Assembly: GCF_018350175.1 (NCBI RefSeq) | Contig: NC_058383.1 | Coordinates: 39,494,001 to 39,558,000, forward strand | Direction of reading: 5' to 3' | DNA length: 64,000 nt | From: Felis catus | Lineage: Eukaryota | In this document: piece by piece, positions 11,859 through 24,473 of the stretch | How positions within the stretch are numbered: position 1 is the stretch's first letter | Layout: the number at the start of each line of letters is the position of its first letter | Made by a program: the position numbers and the translations under genes | The notes under the pieces: model-generated | Database searches by the model: none | The model's input: only the letters and a program-made list of their open reading frames with translations | What the model was told of the DNA's origin: nothing

Positions 11859-12175
11859 TCTTTTTTTTTTTTTTTAAATGTTTACTTATTTATTTTGAAA
11901 GAGAGAGAGAGATCAGGGAAGGGACACAAGGAGAGGGAGACAGAGAATCCCAAGTAGGCTTTGTCAGTGCAGAGCCTGATGCCAGGGCTGAAACACACAA
12001 ACCATGAGATCATGACCTGAGCCACCCACGCGTATGTACGTACGTATGTATGTGTGTGTGTATGATGTATGTTTGTTTACTTATTTATGAATGAATGAAG
12101 GCTCCACACCCAACATGGGGCTGAAACCCACGATCCTGAGATCAAGAGTCATGTGCTCTACCAGCCAGGCACGCC
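11859..12175 (-). mobile_element. Two older CAN-SINE copies
   Basis: T tail, gagagaatcccaagtaggct...gagatcatgacctgagc and ctgagatcaagagtcatgtgctctaccagccaggcac motifs. Confidence 0.75.
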
Positions 12176-12929
12176 AAATACAGCTCTTTCTAAAACCTTC
12201 CTTTTGCTCTCTGGGTTGGCTTATTCTGGTCTATCTTTCACACTGCAGGTTTTCCTTCTAAGTCTAGAGATCTGGCTGCCTGTCTGTCCCCACGTATGCG
12301 TGAGACCTGGATGCCCTTTGTGTGGGGGCATGGCTTGCTGAGTGATGGGCTTCACCGTAGGAATGGCTTTTCCTTCTGCAATGCCGTGGTCAGTGGAGCT
12401 TTTCTCTGGGGCTGGTCAGTTTCTCCACTGGAAAGTCTCCTATTGAGAGCACGTGGTGGGGCGGAAGGGATTGGATACAGTCATCGGGGCAGGGTAGGAG
12501 GGCCCAGGTCCCCGGGTTCATGCACTGACTTGCAGACACTGCAGTTTTTAGTCCCCCGCCTCAGCTCGCCAGCAGTGAAACTTATCAGGGTTCCCCCCAA
12601 AGGTGTTAAGAATGTTTTGTAAAATAAGTCACTCCATCATTTTCCTGTCCTAAAATTCGTTTATGTGTTTCACTAGCTGTTTCCTCCCTTCCTGTTCTCT
12701 TTGCACTTGTGGATTGAAAGTGTTTTATTCCTTTACTGTCATTTAGTGGGCTTTCATGAGAGTCGGATGGCAATTGCATGTGGCCAGTCCACCAGATTTA
12801 TTTGGTGTGATGATCCCTGTTTACAACTGAGGAAGCCGAGGGTTTGGTGAGCCAATCAAGTTTGCCAGCAAGTAAGTGGCTGAAGGGGGGTTTCCAGCCC
12901 ATTTCTGTCTGATTCTAAAGTCCAGGCTT

Positions 12930-13370
12930 GGGGTGCCTGGCTGGTTCAGTCGGTGGAGCACATGACTCTTGATCTCGGGGTCGTGAGTTCCAGCCCCAAG
13001 CTATGTATGGCACCTACTTAAAAAATAAATAAATAAAAAGAGGGTCATCTGGGTGGCTCTCAATCTCAGGGCTGTGAGTTCAAGCCCCACGTTGGAAATG
13101 AAGCCTACATAAAAAAAGGGGGTGGGGCGCCTGGGTGCCTCAGTCGGTGAAGCGACTGACCGACTTCAGCTCAGGTCATGATCTCACAGTTCGTGAGTTT
13201 GAGCCCCATGTCGGGCTCTGTGCTGGCAGCTCAGAGACTGGAGCCTGCTTCGGATTCCGTGTCTCCCTCTCTCTCTGCCCCTCCCCCGCTGGCACTCTGT
13301 CTCTCTCTCTGCCTCTGTCAAAAATAAACATTTAAAAAATTTTTAAAAAAAGAAGAGAATAATTAAAAAT
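12930..13370 (+). mobile_element. Cluster of three nested CAN-SINEs, next to a MIR-like fragment
   Basis: Heads at about 12930, 13040 and 13125; the cluster is flanked by taaagtccag(g/a)ct on both sides. Confidence 0.85.
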
Positions 13371-13799
13371 AAAGTCCAGACTCGTTCCCTACAACACACT
13401 GCCTTTTTTTATACAAGGTTTCAGATTTGACTCGCCTCCTTCGATGACGTAAGGGAGGTCTGGAGTGTGCCTGGCCTCCAAGGGCAGGGAGGAAGCCCCG
13501 GTATTCACCACCATCAATTCAACAAACCTGCGCTGATGCTTCTCCGCGACAAGCCCCCACCCCCACCCCTCCGCTCCCCCAAGCTCAGCAGGGTGTGCCC
13601 AGTCAAGAGCACGTGGTTCCCTGCCTGATTTTTCCATAAGGATTGAGGGAGACAGTCCCTGGCTCGGAGATGGATGTCTTTTCCAATAAGGATTTGCAGG
13701 AAACTCTTACTTAGGCAGGTGGTGGCGGTGCCTGGCGAGCAGGCCCGTGTGTGTTCCAAACACAAGCGGTGAGGGCTGGAGAGAAATGCTAGGCTCCCG

Positions 13800-14184
13800 A
13801 GGCGAGAGCCTAGCTTATAAACTACGGGCCGTCGCGTTAACTCTGCATTTCGCAGCGACACGGGAGAGCGCTTGCACGCGAGTACGGCCCATCCACAGCA
13901 GGGGCACACTTACACTGAGCGTCATCCGGGGTCGCTCGGACACTCGCACCCGTCCGGCGGCGCTGCGTGTCCCCGCGCGAAGAGCTCTGGCCACGGAGCC
14001 CTTGCGCAGCCCTGCTCTGGCCCGCGCGTCTCGCTGGGGCGGAAGTCGCGGCGCGCGCTTCCGCCGGGCGGGCCCGTTGCTGGGCGGGGCGCTGACGTCT
14101 CCCCGGAAGGGGCGGGCCCGCCGGAGCCAGGCCGCGCCGCGCCGCGCCGCGCCGCGCCGGCCGGAGGGGCCCGCAGCCCGGACC
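13800..14184 (+). promoter_or_regulatory. ZNF598 CpG-island promoter / 5' UTR
   Basis: ETS core gcggaagt (~14040), GC boxes, CRE-like tgacgtc (~14093), (GCCGC)5 repeat at 14131-14158. Confidence 0.7.
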
Positions 14185-17100
14185 ATGGCGGCGGCGGTGG
14201 CGGGCGCCGAGGGGCGGCGCGCGGCCCTGGAGGCGGCGGCGGCGGTGACGCCCGAGCGGGGCGGCGGGAGCTGCGTGCTGTGCTGCGGAGACCTGGAGGC
14301 CACGGCGCTGGGCCGCTGCGACCACCCGGTGTGCTACCGCTGCTCCACCAAGATGCGGGTGTTGTGCGAGCAGCGCTACTGCGCCGTGTGCCGCGAGGAG
14401 CTGCGCCAGGTGCGCCGAGCCGGCCGGGCCGCGCGTTCGGGGCGCCGGGGCGGGCGCGGGGCGCGGCCGGAAAGGGACTTTGCCTTCCTGGTGTCCGGCC
14501 GCGGGCCTGGCGGCGCCGGCTTCCGAAAGACAAGCCTGACGGGGCCACCCGGGGCTGGCTCCCGGCCGTGGGGCCGGCAGGCAGGGGGTGGCCTCAGCTG
14601 GGTCGAAGAGGGAGCGGTCCCTGGGGGGGACGGTTCGTCCTGCGCCCCAGGGATTCCTGCCGGGCCACAGGAAGGGGCATGATCAGAGCAAGAACTACCT
14701 AACCTGCTTGCTCTGGAGAGTTTATTCCTCAGGGATCTCCACTGGAGGCGGAGGACTTGGGGTGGAGGGGACTGGGCAAGGGAGCACCTCCAGAGGCAGT
14801 CTGTCCTGGAAGCAGAGGGTCAAAGTGGGTATTTCCAGCCCAGACGTGTGTTTGGGTCCCTTAAGTTAACCCCAGCAAAGTCCTCCCTCCATAGACCGGC
14901 GCCTTCATGTATGGAGGGGCGGTGGCCCTTGGTCTGCCCACCACAGGGGAAGGCAGGACCATCGAGGTTTCCTTAGGACTCTTGGTGGATCGGGATAAAA
15001 GTGTTCTGAAGTTTTTCTCCTCCTTGCCAATTCAGGGTGGGGGGAGGGGCTCAGCTCCACAGCGGAGGTGGGGATGTTTATGACTCTTTCCAGACTTGGA
15101 AGCCATGGAAGGTGTCAGAGGACACCATGGAGATTCCCCCCACCCTCCCAATAATGCCAGATGCTGGCTGGGAGCACCTAGCTGGAGCTCCCTTGATTTG
15201 CTTTGAGATCTGTTTGCTTCCAGCATTGTGAAATTCCGTGGTTTGTTCATGGAAAGCTTGGGCTGGTGACATCTGCCAGGGAATCTGACTTTCTTCTTCC
15301 TAGAAGTGACGCAGACATGGCATTGTTGAGGAGTAGTTCCTTTGGTTGTTTTGTTTTGTTTTGTTTTGTTTAAGTAGAAATTATGTCTGATGCTGTAATT
15401 CCCGAGCTCTCCATGGGCACTTAACTCTGTGCTCCATTAGGAGACGCTTGGAGATGCCGCCAGTGTATCATGGGGTGAACAGAGATAGCCCTGGGAGAGA
15501 TCTAGGGTGGAGGGGTGGTCAGGAAAGCCTTGGGCCTGTGGCTTAGTGAGCGCCTCCCAGCATTGCCACTCTTGCGTGCTTGCATGGCATGACGTAACTC
15601 TTGGATGGCCAGGTTTCCCAGTGCACCTGTAGTTTCCTTCCAGGAAGGACGGGGCTGCCGGTCTCGCTCGGGAAGCGAGCAGGCACCTATGTGTGGCTAC
15701 TCTAGCCGGCATCTGGCCTCTCTCACTCCTTGTGGGTCCCACACCCTTCCAGTGCTCTGTGGCAAGGGGGTGTTGACATGAGCTGTCAGCAGGCTCCTGC
15801 TGGGGCGTGCTTTGGCACTGGGTGCCTTTGGCTGATTCTGGCCTTCCTCTTGGGCCTGCCCTGAATTACTGGGCAGCAGGAGAGTGTCCCGGGAAGTGTA
15901 TGAGATGACGATCCTCTCTGTTCATCTTGCTTCCCTCCCACTCTTGAACTTGCAGCCCCACCCTGGTCCTTTGTGTTCCCTTGCTGAGTCCTACACTGTC
16001 CTCTGAATGTGCCATGCCCACCAAGGAATCCCACAGCAACCCCCAGCCCCTGAACCCTGCCTCTGCTGTGTCCTTCCTTACAGGACTAAGTCTTTATAAA
16101 AACTTGGGAGGAAAGTGAGCCAAGGGACTGTGTGGAACAGGCCTACCCCTGGACCGGGCACTTCCCTGTGTCTGCCCCTGGGGCAGGCGTTGCAAAGAGC
16201 AGACGCAGAGCAGCCCTGCAGCTGCTGGTCAGGCGAGGAGCCAGACTGATCTAGATTGCCCAGCAGGTGCTCAGGGTAGAGGCGAGGCCAGGCTCCCAGG
16301 TTGTCTCTCAGGTCTGTCTCTGTCCACCCCAGATGGTTTCCAGGGTGCACCGGCAAGACCAATGTCAGGCTTCCCATCCACCCTTCTTCCCCAGTCACAT
16401 CTCTCCTACAGGCCGTTTTCTTCTGAGAGATGATTCAGGTCTTGGGCTCCACCTGGCCCTGATGCCCCTCGCACGTCCAAGAGGTTTGATGGGGCTGCAG
16501 TACAAAGTGGGATGTGTCTGAGCTAGTCTCCCTTCCATTTCACAGGCAGGAGGTGGGAGGGGACCTGCTGATGACAGGTCAGGAGGCCAGACCTGCTGAC
16601 CGGTCTTGTTTTTCTGTTGTTGGGGCCCATCCCCACTGGCCTGGTCCACCTGGGCTCCTCAGGGGCCTGTGCTTCTAGATGGGGCCCACCTTCAGCATCA
16701 GGCTCACTCTCGCCAGTGGTCGATGCTAGCGCCACCCATCCCTTCTTCCACTCGTGCTCAGGGAGCGCCCACTGCATACTGGGAGTGGGGAGCAGCAAAG
16801 CCCCAGGCAGGAACACATACCCACCTCGTGGGGGTCCAAGCAGGGCTCTCCTCCCATCTCCTGCTCCCTCTCTTCAGGGATTGGCCTGGCATCCTGGGGC
16901 CCACCCAGGGGTGCCCTTTCCCCCTCTGACACCTGCTGCCTGGCCCACCCAGGGGCTTCCCGGGATGGTCCATCCTCACGTGTCCAGGCTGGGCCTGTGC
17001 CTCTGTCCTCAGACCCATGACCCTCTCCCGTCAGGGTGATCACTAGGGTAGGTGGGTCTCGGGCCATGCTGGTGGGATGCCTGCGGTTCCTCCACATCCC

Positions 17101-20100
17101 GGGTAGGGCCACCGTGCCCTGACCTTGTTTGGCGACTCGGTCCTGCCACTCGCTCACCCTGTGCTGTGGGCAGGGACACTGGCCATGCCAAGCCGCACTG
17201 CCATCTTCCTGCCTGCCCCTCACTCTCCTGACATCTGGTGCAGGCCTCCGGGGGCCCCATCTCACAGCCTGTCTAGGAGGGGCCACCAGCATTTCCCCAC
17301 TCGCACCCCCTGGCTCCAAACCTGCTCCCCCTCATTCTCAGACAGACCCAGCCTTGAGCCTGTGTGCCGCAGCCACTTCCCTTTCCCCGACCTCTTCCTG
17401 GGGTTGCCACCCCTTCCCGAGCCAGCCCAGTGTCCCCTTCTCCTGGCGTGGGTCACGTGTGCTCAGCACAGCCTGGCAGTCCATCTTGAGGACTGTACCC
17501 TACCTCTGTCCACAGCGAGGGTGCCCGCAGCAAGACACTCCCAAGGGGGATCAGGGCAGACCTCGGAGAGGAAGGCGCTGGAGCTGGGGGAGGCAGTGGT
17601 GACGGTGCGACCCGGCTCTGGTGTCCTCTGCGGAAGGAAGTTGTTCCTCTGTTTAGTCTGCTGGACTTGGATGCCTTTTGGCTGGGGGTTCCCTCACGGG
17701 CTGCTGCTGAGCCGCCTTGTGGGCAGATGCCGGGCTCCTAAGTCTGCTGTCCGTGTTGCCTCAGCACAGCTAGGACCCTGAGTTGCACGACAGGCCTTGT
17801 GATCTGTGGCCGGCCTGCAGCATCCTGACCAGCTCAGGGCCCTGCGTGTGCAGGCGCTGGTCCCCTGGCAAGAGGCAGTAGGGACTAGCGTCTGGGCTCG
17901 GAAAGCAGGGCTGGGTGGGGGCTTGCCCCAGAGGGGCAGGTCTCCTGAGAAGAGGCCAGTGTGAGACCCGGAGTCCTGGGGAGAAAACCAGGGGGAGGGG
18001 GAGCCTCAGGAGCACAGCTGTAATGAGCACCCACTCATTGTGTGGCAGGGGCAGTGGTGGGTGGTCACGTTCACCCTGCCCAGCCTTGCCAGACGTGACA
18101 TCAAGGGGAAGAAAAGCCTGTTGGGGCAAGCTCGTCCTCCTCCACCCCCCACAATGGGTGTGGCTGGACCCTGATGCTTCCCTTGGGCTCCTATGGGGGT
18201 GTGGGGGTCGGCTTCTTCTACCCACAGTGTATCACCAGAAGTGTGGACTGAGGTCCCCAGCTTCTGCCCCAGGACCCCCAGGGACCCAGTTTTAACCGTC
18301 CTGCTGCTGGGGGACATTGTGACCACCCATTCTCCCCACCCAGTACTGCGCTTTTCCAAGTTCATGGCCATTCTGATCCCAGGTATCCTCCCTGGCTGAG
18401 CTTACCTGAGTCTAAACATGACAGGGATGACCTTGACATGGCCCAAGGTGAGGACTCTGAGCTGAGGCGAGTGACCAGCTCCAGGCGAGGGGGGACAGTG
18501 GTGGAGTGGGAAGGGGCATGTCGAGACCAGCAGTGTGTCTGGATCCAAGGGAGGGGAGTGGGGGCCAGCGAGGAGGGAGCCTGGAGGGAACAGTGCCTTT
18601 GTTGTCTAGGAGGAGAGGCCTGGGCCTGCGAGAGGGTCCTGGGGCTGGGCTCTGTGGAGGGGCTGAGCACGCTGTACTCAGAGTGCCGGAGACCCCTGGG
18701 AAAGAGGCTGCAGGAGTGTCTGCACCCTGCCCCTGCTGAGTGCCTGCAGCTCGGCATTGACCCCCCTGACAACCGGATGGCAGGCAGGAACCTGGCCAAG
18801 AAGCAGTCAGGGGCCATGACCGACTCCTCCGTGGCATCATGGGTGGACAGAGCATGACTAGGCCTTGACTCGTGGTTGCCTGTCTCGTCCTGGTGACATT
18901 ATTTCCATAGCTGCTTCTTAGACTGCATCTGGCCTGTGCTCAACACCCATGTGATTAAGCCCTGGCTTGCTTCGTCCCTGTCACTGCCCCCTGGGGTCAC
19001 CGCCCCTGGGATGACCTCGGTCTGTTGCCTAGCTGGTTTGGCTGTGGATGAGGGAGAGCCTGCCGCCCCCTGGTGGCCAGGCCGGGTATTGCGTCTCCAT
19101 CCGGGCAACCCCAGGTGGGCACGCCGCAGGTGTGGAGAGGGGGCCCGGGGTGGCCCAGGATAGCAGAGACTGCTGCCCGCAGGGCCTGACGTGGGCCTCC
19201 CACGAGGGGCTGAGTGCCTCCCTTTCTTCTTAGCCGGACAGTGTCCTCCAGTGGGTGTCCACAGCCCTTCTCAGCAGGCCCCTCACTCTTGGTTCCAGGT
19301 GGTCTTTGGGAAGAAGCTTCCCGCCTTTGCCACAATCCCTCTCCACCAGTTGCAGCACGAGAAGAAATATGACATCTATTTCGCGGACGGGAAAGTTTTT
19401 GCCTTGTACAGGTGAGCGGGGTCCCAGGGGCCTGCAGCCAGCCTGGGTCTGGGGAGGGGCTTGTGGCAGGGATGGGCACGGCCCTCGGGTGGGTGAGGGG
19501 GCAGCGTGCGTGTCAGGGCCCCCCTGCTTTCCTGGCGTCAGCCCAGCAGGGGTGGATGGGCGGGGCGAGTCTAGGGAAAGCGCTGGGTTGTAGCGTGGTG
19601 CCGGCTTTCTGGGGCGTGTGAGGCGCACGCAAGCCCGCGTGAGTTGGGATCTTAGCCCGTGGCAGGAAACCCCATGAGGGGCGCGGCTGTCGCGGGGCGG
19701 GTGAGGGGCTGGCTCCCAGTGGGGTAGTCACCGTGCCCGCCCTACGCAGAGGTCGGCCATCCCGCAGCCGGGCTCAACCCCGGGGCCCCTGCGCTGGTGG
19801 GCGTGCCGGGTGCCCGTCGTCCTGGCTCTTCCCAAAGCGCACGCAGAGGCCGTGAGTAGGCGCCAGGGCTCGCTCCGGCCGGTGCCACTGAGTGCCCGCA
19901 CGGCCGGGGGGGCCCGATGTGTCTCTAGGCAGCTGCTTCAGCACGAGTGCCCACAGTGCCCCGAGCTGCCGCCGTTCGGCCTCTTCGGAGACCTGGAGCA
20001 GCACATGCGGAGGCAGCACGAGCTCTTCTGCTGCAAGCTGTGCCTCAGGCACCTCAAGGTGCGCCCCGCCCCGCTCTCCTGGCTCGCGCCGCCCCGGCCC

Positions 20101-21904
20101 CCCTGCTGCCATGCGCGTCCCCCCAGCTGTCCTGCCTCGCGCAGCCCGGGCGGGGAGGGGCTGCTGGCGTCTGGGGGCCCAGAGCTGGCACCAGCGCCGC
20201 CGGGTCCCCTGTGTTGCGGGGCTGTGGGAAGGGCCCCCCCCCGGCGCCCAGCACCCTCTTCCCTGCAGATCTTCACGTACGAGCGCAAATGGTACTCGCG
20301 CAAGGACCTGGCGCGGCACCGCATGCAGGGGGACCCCGATGACACGTCCCACCGCGGGCACCCGCTCTGCAAGTTCTGTGACGAGCGCTACCTGGACAAC
20401 GACGAGCTGCTGAAACACCTGCGGCGAGACCACTACTTCTGCCACTTCTGTGACTCGGACGGGGCCCAAGACTACTACAGGTGGGCGCGGGCCCCGGGCA
20501 CCCGAGCAGGCCGGGCAGGGCCGCTGGCCGGGGTGGCGGGGCCCACGGGCTCCGGCTGACACCCCGGCCCCCCGCCAGCGACTACGCCTACCTGCGCGAA
20601 CACTTCCGGGAGAAGCACTTCCTGTGTGAGGAGGGTCGCTGCAGCACCGAGCAGTTCACCCATGCCTTCCGCACCGAGATTGACCTCAAGGCCCACAGGA
20701 CGGCCTGCCACAGCCGCAGCCGCGCCGAGGCCCGCCAGAATCGCCAGATCGACCTGCAGTTCAGCTACACGCCACGGCACTCTCGCCGGAACGAGGGTGA
20801 GCACAGCCTTCCCTCTGAGGAGCGGGGCTCCCTCCGGCTCCAGCCGGGCGCTCCCCGGGGGCCTGCAGACCTCAGACCCAGGTCCTGACCTGACCCCTCA
20901 TGTGCCGGTGGACGGGAGACACGCACCTCCTCGCCTCTCAACGAGCCCTGAGCGTCTGAGCACATTGTGACCACAGGGAGCGCTTTGCAGCAGTCGGCTC
21001 CTGGTGTCTCCTATCTGCCCCCCCGGGGGCGGGGGTGGGGCAGTGGGGTGGAGTGAGGAGCCCCTGGGGCTGACATAGACCCTGGAGGTGTCTGAGCCCA
21101 TCCTCGGGGGTCCTGGAGCACCTGCCTCGGTCCGGCCCGGGCCCGTGACAGGCTGTGTGCCGGCCGCAGGGGTCGTCGGGGGCGAGGACTACGAGGAGGT
21201 GGACAGGTACAACCGCCAAGGCCGTGCGGGCCGGGCCAGTGGTCGTGGAGCCCAGCAGAGCCGCCGAGGAAGCTGGAGGTACAAGAGGTGGGAGGATTTG
21301 CGTGCCGCTGACGTTCTCCTGGCGCCGGCCCCGCGGCGGTGGCAGCGGCCGACGACTGGGCTGGGATCGGGCAGAGGGGTTGGGGGACTTTGGCCTTCCG
21401 GTGTCTGGCGTCCTGTACCTGGCAGTGGGCCTGCTTAGTGTCCTGAGCAAGCGGACGTGCCCTGCTCTTTTCTCTAGCTGTAGCCAGAGACCCCAGTAAC
21501 ACAGGTCGGGGTGAGTGACGGGGGCCTGTGTCACTTGGGGGCTCCGTGCAGTTGAGCTGTGAAACGCTGTTGATGCAAACACACGCTCAGGCCGGGTGCC
21601 ACCCCCAGTGTCGGACAGGACGGAGGCATCTGTGGAGCCAGGAGCACTGGGCTCCCTGGCTGCCCAGGGAGCCCCAGCCTGAGGCTGGCACCTGAGTCCT
21701 GCCGTATCCGCAGCGCCCTCTCCTGGCCAGTGAGGGTGGGCCTGTGCCCGCTGGCCGGATGCATCGGGGGTGGGGGGCCCCTCCCCAGCACCTCGCTCTG
21801 CCCACCGCTGTAGTCCTGGGCCTTCCCCAGCCTGAAGGCCTCCCCCTCCCAGGGAAGAAGAGGACCGGGAAGTGGCAGCTGCCATCCGGGCCTCAGTGGC
21901 CGCA

Positions 21905-21945
<41 letters not shown>

Positions 21946-24473
21946 GCAGCAGGAGACACGCAGGAGTGAGGACCGGGAGGAAGGCGGCAGGCCCAAGAAG
22001 GAGGAGGCAGGGGTGCGGGGTCTCGAGGAGCAACGAGGTGCCCGGCGCCCGCCCCGGACTCAGGGTGAAGGTCCAGGTGACTTGACTCTACCCTGGCGTG
22101 GGAGCCACTTGGGAGGTGAGAGGCAGGCTCCAGGCCTGCACGGTGCCTGGGACTGGCGGGGGCCCCCGGGAGCTTACCCGGGGGGTCTGTTCCCACACCC
22201 TGGATGTTGCTCAGTGCTGACCTCGGGTCCTTTTATGTCTCACAGGCCCCAAGGAAGCCTCAGCCAATGGTCCTATAAGCCAGGAGTCCCTCCCGGCAGC
22301 CGGCCCGGCCGCAGGGGCCATGCTTCCAAGGTACGCTTGCACAGAACCGGGGTAAGAGAGGGGGGCTCCTGCGGAAGGTGGGTGCGGGGCAGGGGAGGCC
22401 CCGCAGGCCGCTGACGCCACTCCCCTTCCTGGGCTCAGCACCCTCCCGCCCCCCACCTCGAAGCTCAAGGACGAAGACTTCCCCAGCCTCTGCGCCTCCA
22501 CCTCCTCCTCCGCCTCCTCCTCGTCCACCGCCGCGGCTGCTCTGGGCCCCGCGGGGCTGGCACTGGCCTACCATGTCCCTGCCAGAGGCAGGAGCACCTT
22601 CCAGGAGGACGACTTCCCCGCCCTGGTGTCCTCCGCCTCGAAGCCCAGCTCCGCCCCCACCAGCCTCATTTCTGCCTGGAACAGCAGTGGCAGCAAGAAA
22701 GTGGCGCATCCCACCACAGGGGCCCAGGCTGCTGGCGGCAGCAGCCAGCCCCCCAGGAAGGCTGGGAAGGGGGGCAAGGGCGGCAAGAAGGGCGGGCCAC
22801 CCCCCTCAGAGGAGGAGGAAGAGGATGGCCGCGCCGGCCTCACCGCCCAGGAGCTCCGGAGCGTGCCCACCACGGTGGCTGTCTCCTCCCTGCTGGCACT
22901 GGCCTCCACCCAGACCCTCACCAAGGTTGGCAAGAAAAAGAAGGTGGGCTCAGAGAAGCCGGGTGCCGCCTCGCCGCCCCCACCGCCCCCTGACAGAGAT
23001 GGACCCCCTGGGGCCGAGCGGGCCCCCGGCGCACCCACCGGCAGAGCCGAGGGGCCAGTTGCCGTCATTGTCAACGGACACACGGAGGGGCCGGCCCCGG
23101 CTCGGAGCACACCCAAGGAGCCCCCTGGGCTCCCACGGCCCCTGGGGCCCCTTCCCTGCCCCACAGCCCAAGAAGACTTCCCAGCACTGGGAGTCCCCTG
23201 CCCACCCAGGATGCCCCCTCCCCCAGGTACGTGCGCCTGGCTCAGGCCCGCCACTGGGCATCTGGGTCAGATTGGAGCCCCTGGGCCCGGGGGGAGGAGG
23301 GAGCACACTCTGAGGGGCTGTGTCGGGGGGCAGCCACTGGCCAGCCAGCAGGGACGGGAAGCCTGCGAGGTAGGGGCCAGCCGCCCCGGAAGCTTGGCGG
23401 CACCCCCCTGAGGAGTCTGCTTACCCTCCCAGTAAACTGGGGCCGGCCTAGTGGCCTTGGCCTTTCCAGAGGAGGGAGTAAGTCACCTTCGGGCAAGAGG
23501 CCAGTGTTGCCCAAGGGAGCGCAGCTGGTGGGCTGGCCGGCAGGGGGAGCCACAGCGGCCCCTGGAGCCCAGCCAGCCAGGGTCACGTTCTGGGTCTGGC
23601 GGGGCCACCCCTGCAGGCTTCAACGCTGTGGTGCTCCTGAAGGGCGCTCCACCCCCACCCCCACCCGGCCTGGTGCCCCCTGTCAGCAAGCCGCCACCTG
23701 GCTTCTCCGGCCTCCTGCCCAGCCCACACCCGGCCTGCGTCCCCAGCACTGCCACCGCCACAAAAGCGTAAGTGTTGGTGGGCCATGCAGCCTTGTGCCC
23801 CCGGGAGCCGGGGAGGGCCCTCACCTTGGGCCACCCCAGAGGCTGAAGCCTCCACCTCCTCCCCATCTCTCGGCCCCCAGACCGAGGCTGACACCTGCAC
23901 CACAGGCCTACCTGGTGCCCGAGAACTTCCGGGAGAGGAACCTGCAGCTCATCCAGTCCATCAGGGACTTCCTGCAGAGTGATGAGGCCCGCTTCAGCAA
24001 GTTCAAGAGCCAATCGGGGGAGTTCAGACAGGTGAGTCAGGCAGGGGTGTAGGGGGCCGGTGCAGCCACCGCTGGGGCTCAGGCCCGCACGGGACATGAC
24101 TGGGTCTGGCTCTGGATGGCAGGGCGTGATCTCCGCGGCCCAGTATTACAAGAGCTGCCGTGACCTGCTCGGGGAGAACTTCCAGAAGATCTTCAACGAG
24201 CTGCTGGTGCTCCTTCCCGACACGGCCAAGCAGCAGGAGCTGCTCTCCGCGCACACGCACTTCCGAGGCCGAGAGAGGCCCCCGGGCACCAAGGCCAAGA
24301 AGAAGAAGAGCGCGTGGCAGGCCAGTGCCCGGCCGGCGGGCCTGGACTGCTGCGTGTGCCCCACCTGCCAGCAGGTGCTCGCACATGGGGACGTCAGCAG
24401 CCACCAGGCACTGCACGCCGCCCAGGACAACGACTTTCCCTCCCTGCAAGCCATCGCCAGGATCCTCACGTAG
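14185..24473 (+). CDS. ZNF598: E3 ubiquitin ligase ZNF598 (ribosome collision sensor), 921 aa, 12 coding exons
   Basis: Exons 14185-14409, 19299-19411, 19929-20058, 20269-20480, 20579-20796, 21170-21287, 21853-22076, 22246-22330, 22439-23226, 23617-23767, 23881-24031, 24123-24473. All GT-AG, 2766 nt in frame. N-terminal RING (CVLCC...CDHPVCYRC...CAVC), C2H2 fingers, C-terminus FPSLQAIARILT. Confidence 0.97.
19062..19078 (-). promoter_or_regulatory. CTCF consensus motif in ZNF598 intron 1
   Basis: Reverse complement GGCCACCAGGGGGCGGC matches the CCASYAGRKGGCRS core exactly; binding not shown. Confidence 0.55.
21905..21952 (+). repeat. Coding (CAG)7CAA(CAG)8 repeat encoding Q16 in ZNF598 exon 7
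   Basis: Counted directly; in frame as ...ASVAA-Q16-ETRR. Confidence 0.97.

Larger units (their letters stand above)
10440..12500 (-). mobile_element. Degenerate ancient LINE (L1/HAL1 ORF1 region) interrupted by SINEs and a gap
   Basis: T-rich + strand. The minus-strand peptide KKELLEIKNISKNSRAKWEDTLKEISWQAEQKNR (11801-11666) resembles the L1/HAL1 ORF1 coiled-coil segment. Confidence 0.5.

Noticed and set aside
13747-14184. In-frame upstream extension of ZNF598 (ATG at 13786)
   Set aside because: Lies across promoter motifs in a CpG island where most frames are open, has no protein-like segment, and the ATG at 14185 has a strong context and matches the orthologue start.
17745-17765. RE1/NRSE-like sequence (gctgtccgtgttgc), sought because NPW and SYNGR3 are neuronal
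   Set aside because: Only about 14/21 match; no convincing RE1 seen near either gene.
22070-22078. Possible tandem donor (GAAG|gtccag versus CCAG|gtgact) in ZNF598 exon 7
   Set aside because: The upstream donor is a poor consensus match and the downstream one gives the orthologue-like GEGPGP; nothing in the sequence shows dual use.
20938-22196. Long antisense ORFs (352 aa with poly-Cys, 221 aa with poly-Ala) inside ZNF598
   Set aside because: Homopolymers are the reverse complement of the CAG tract; GC-rich introns lack stops; no splice or domain evidence.
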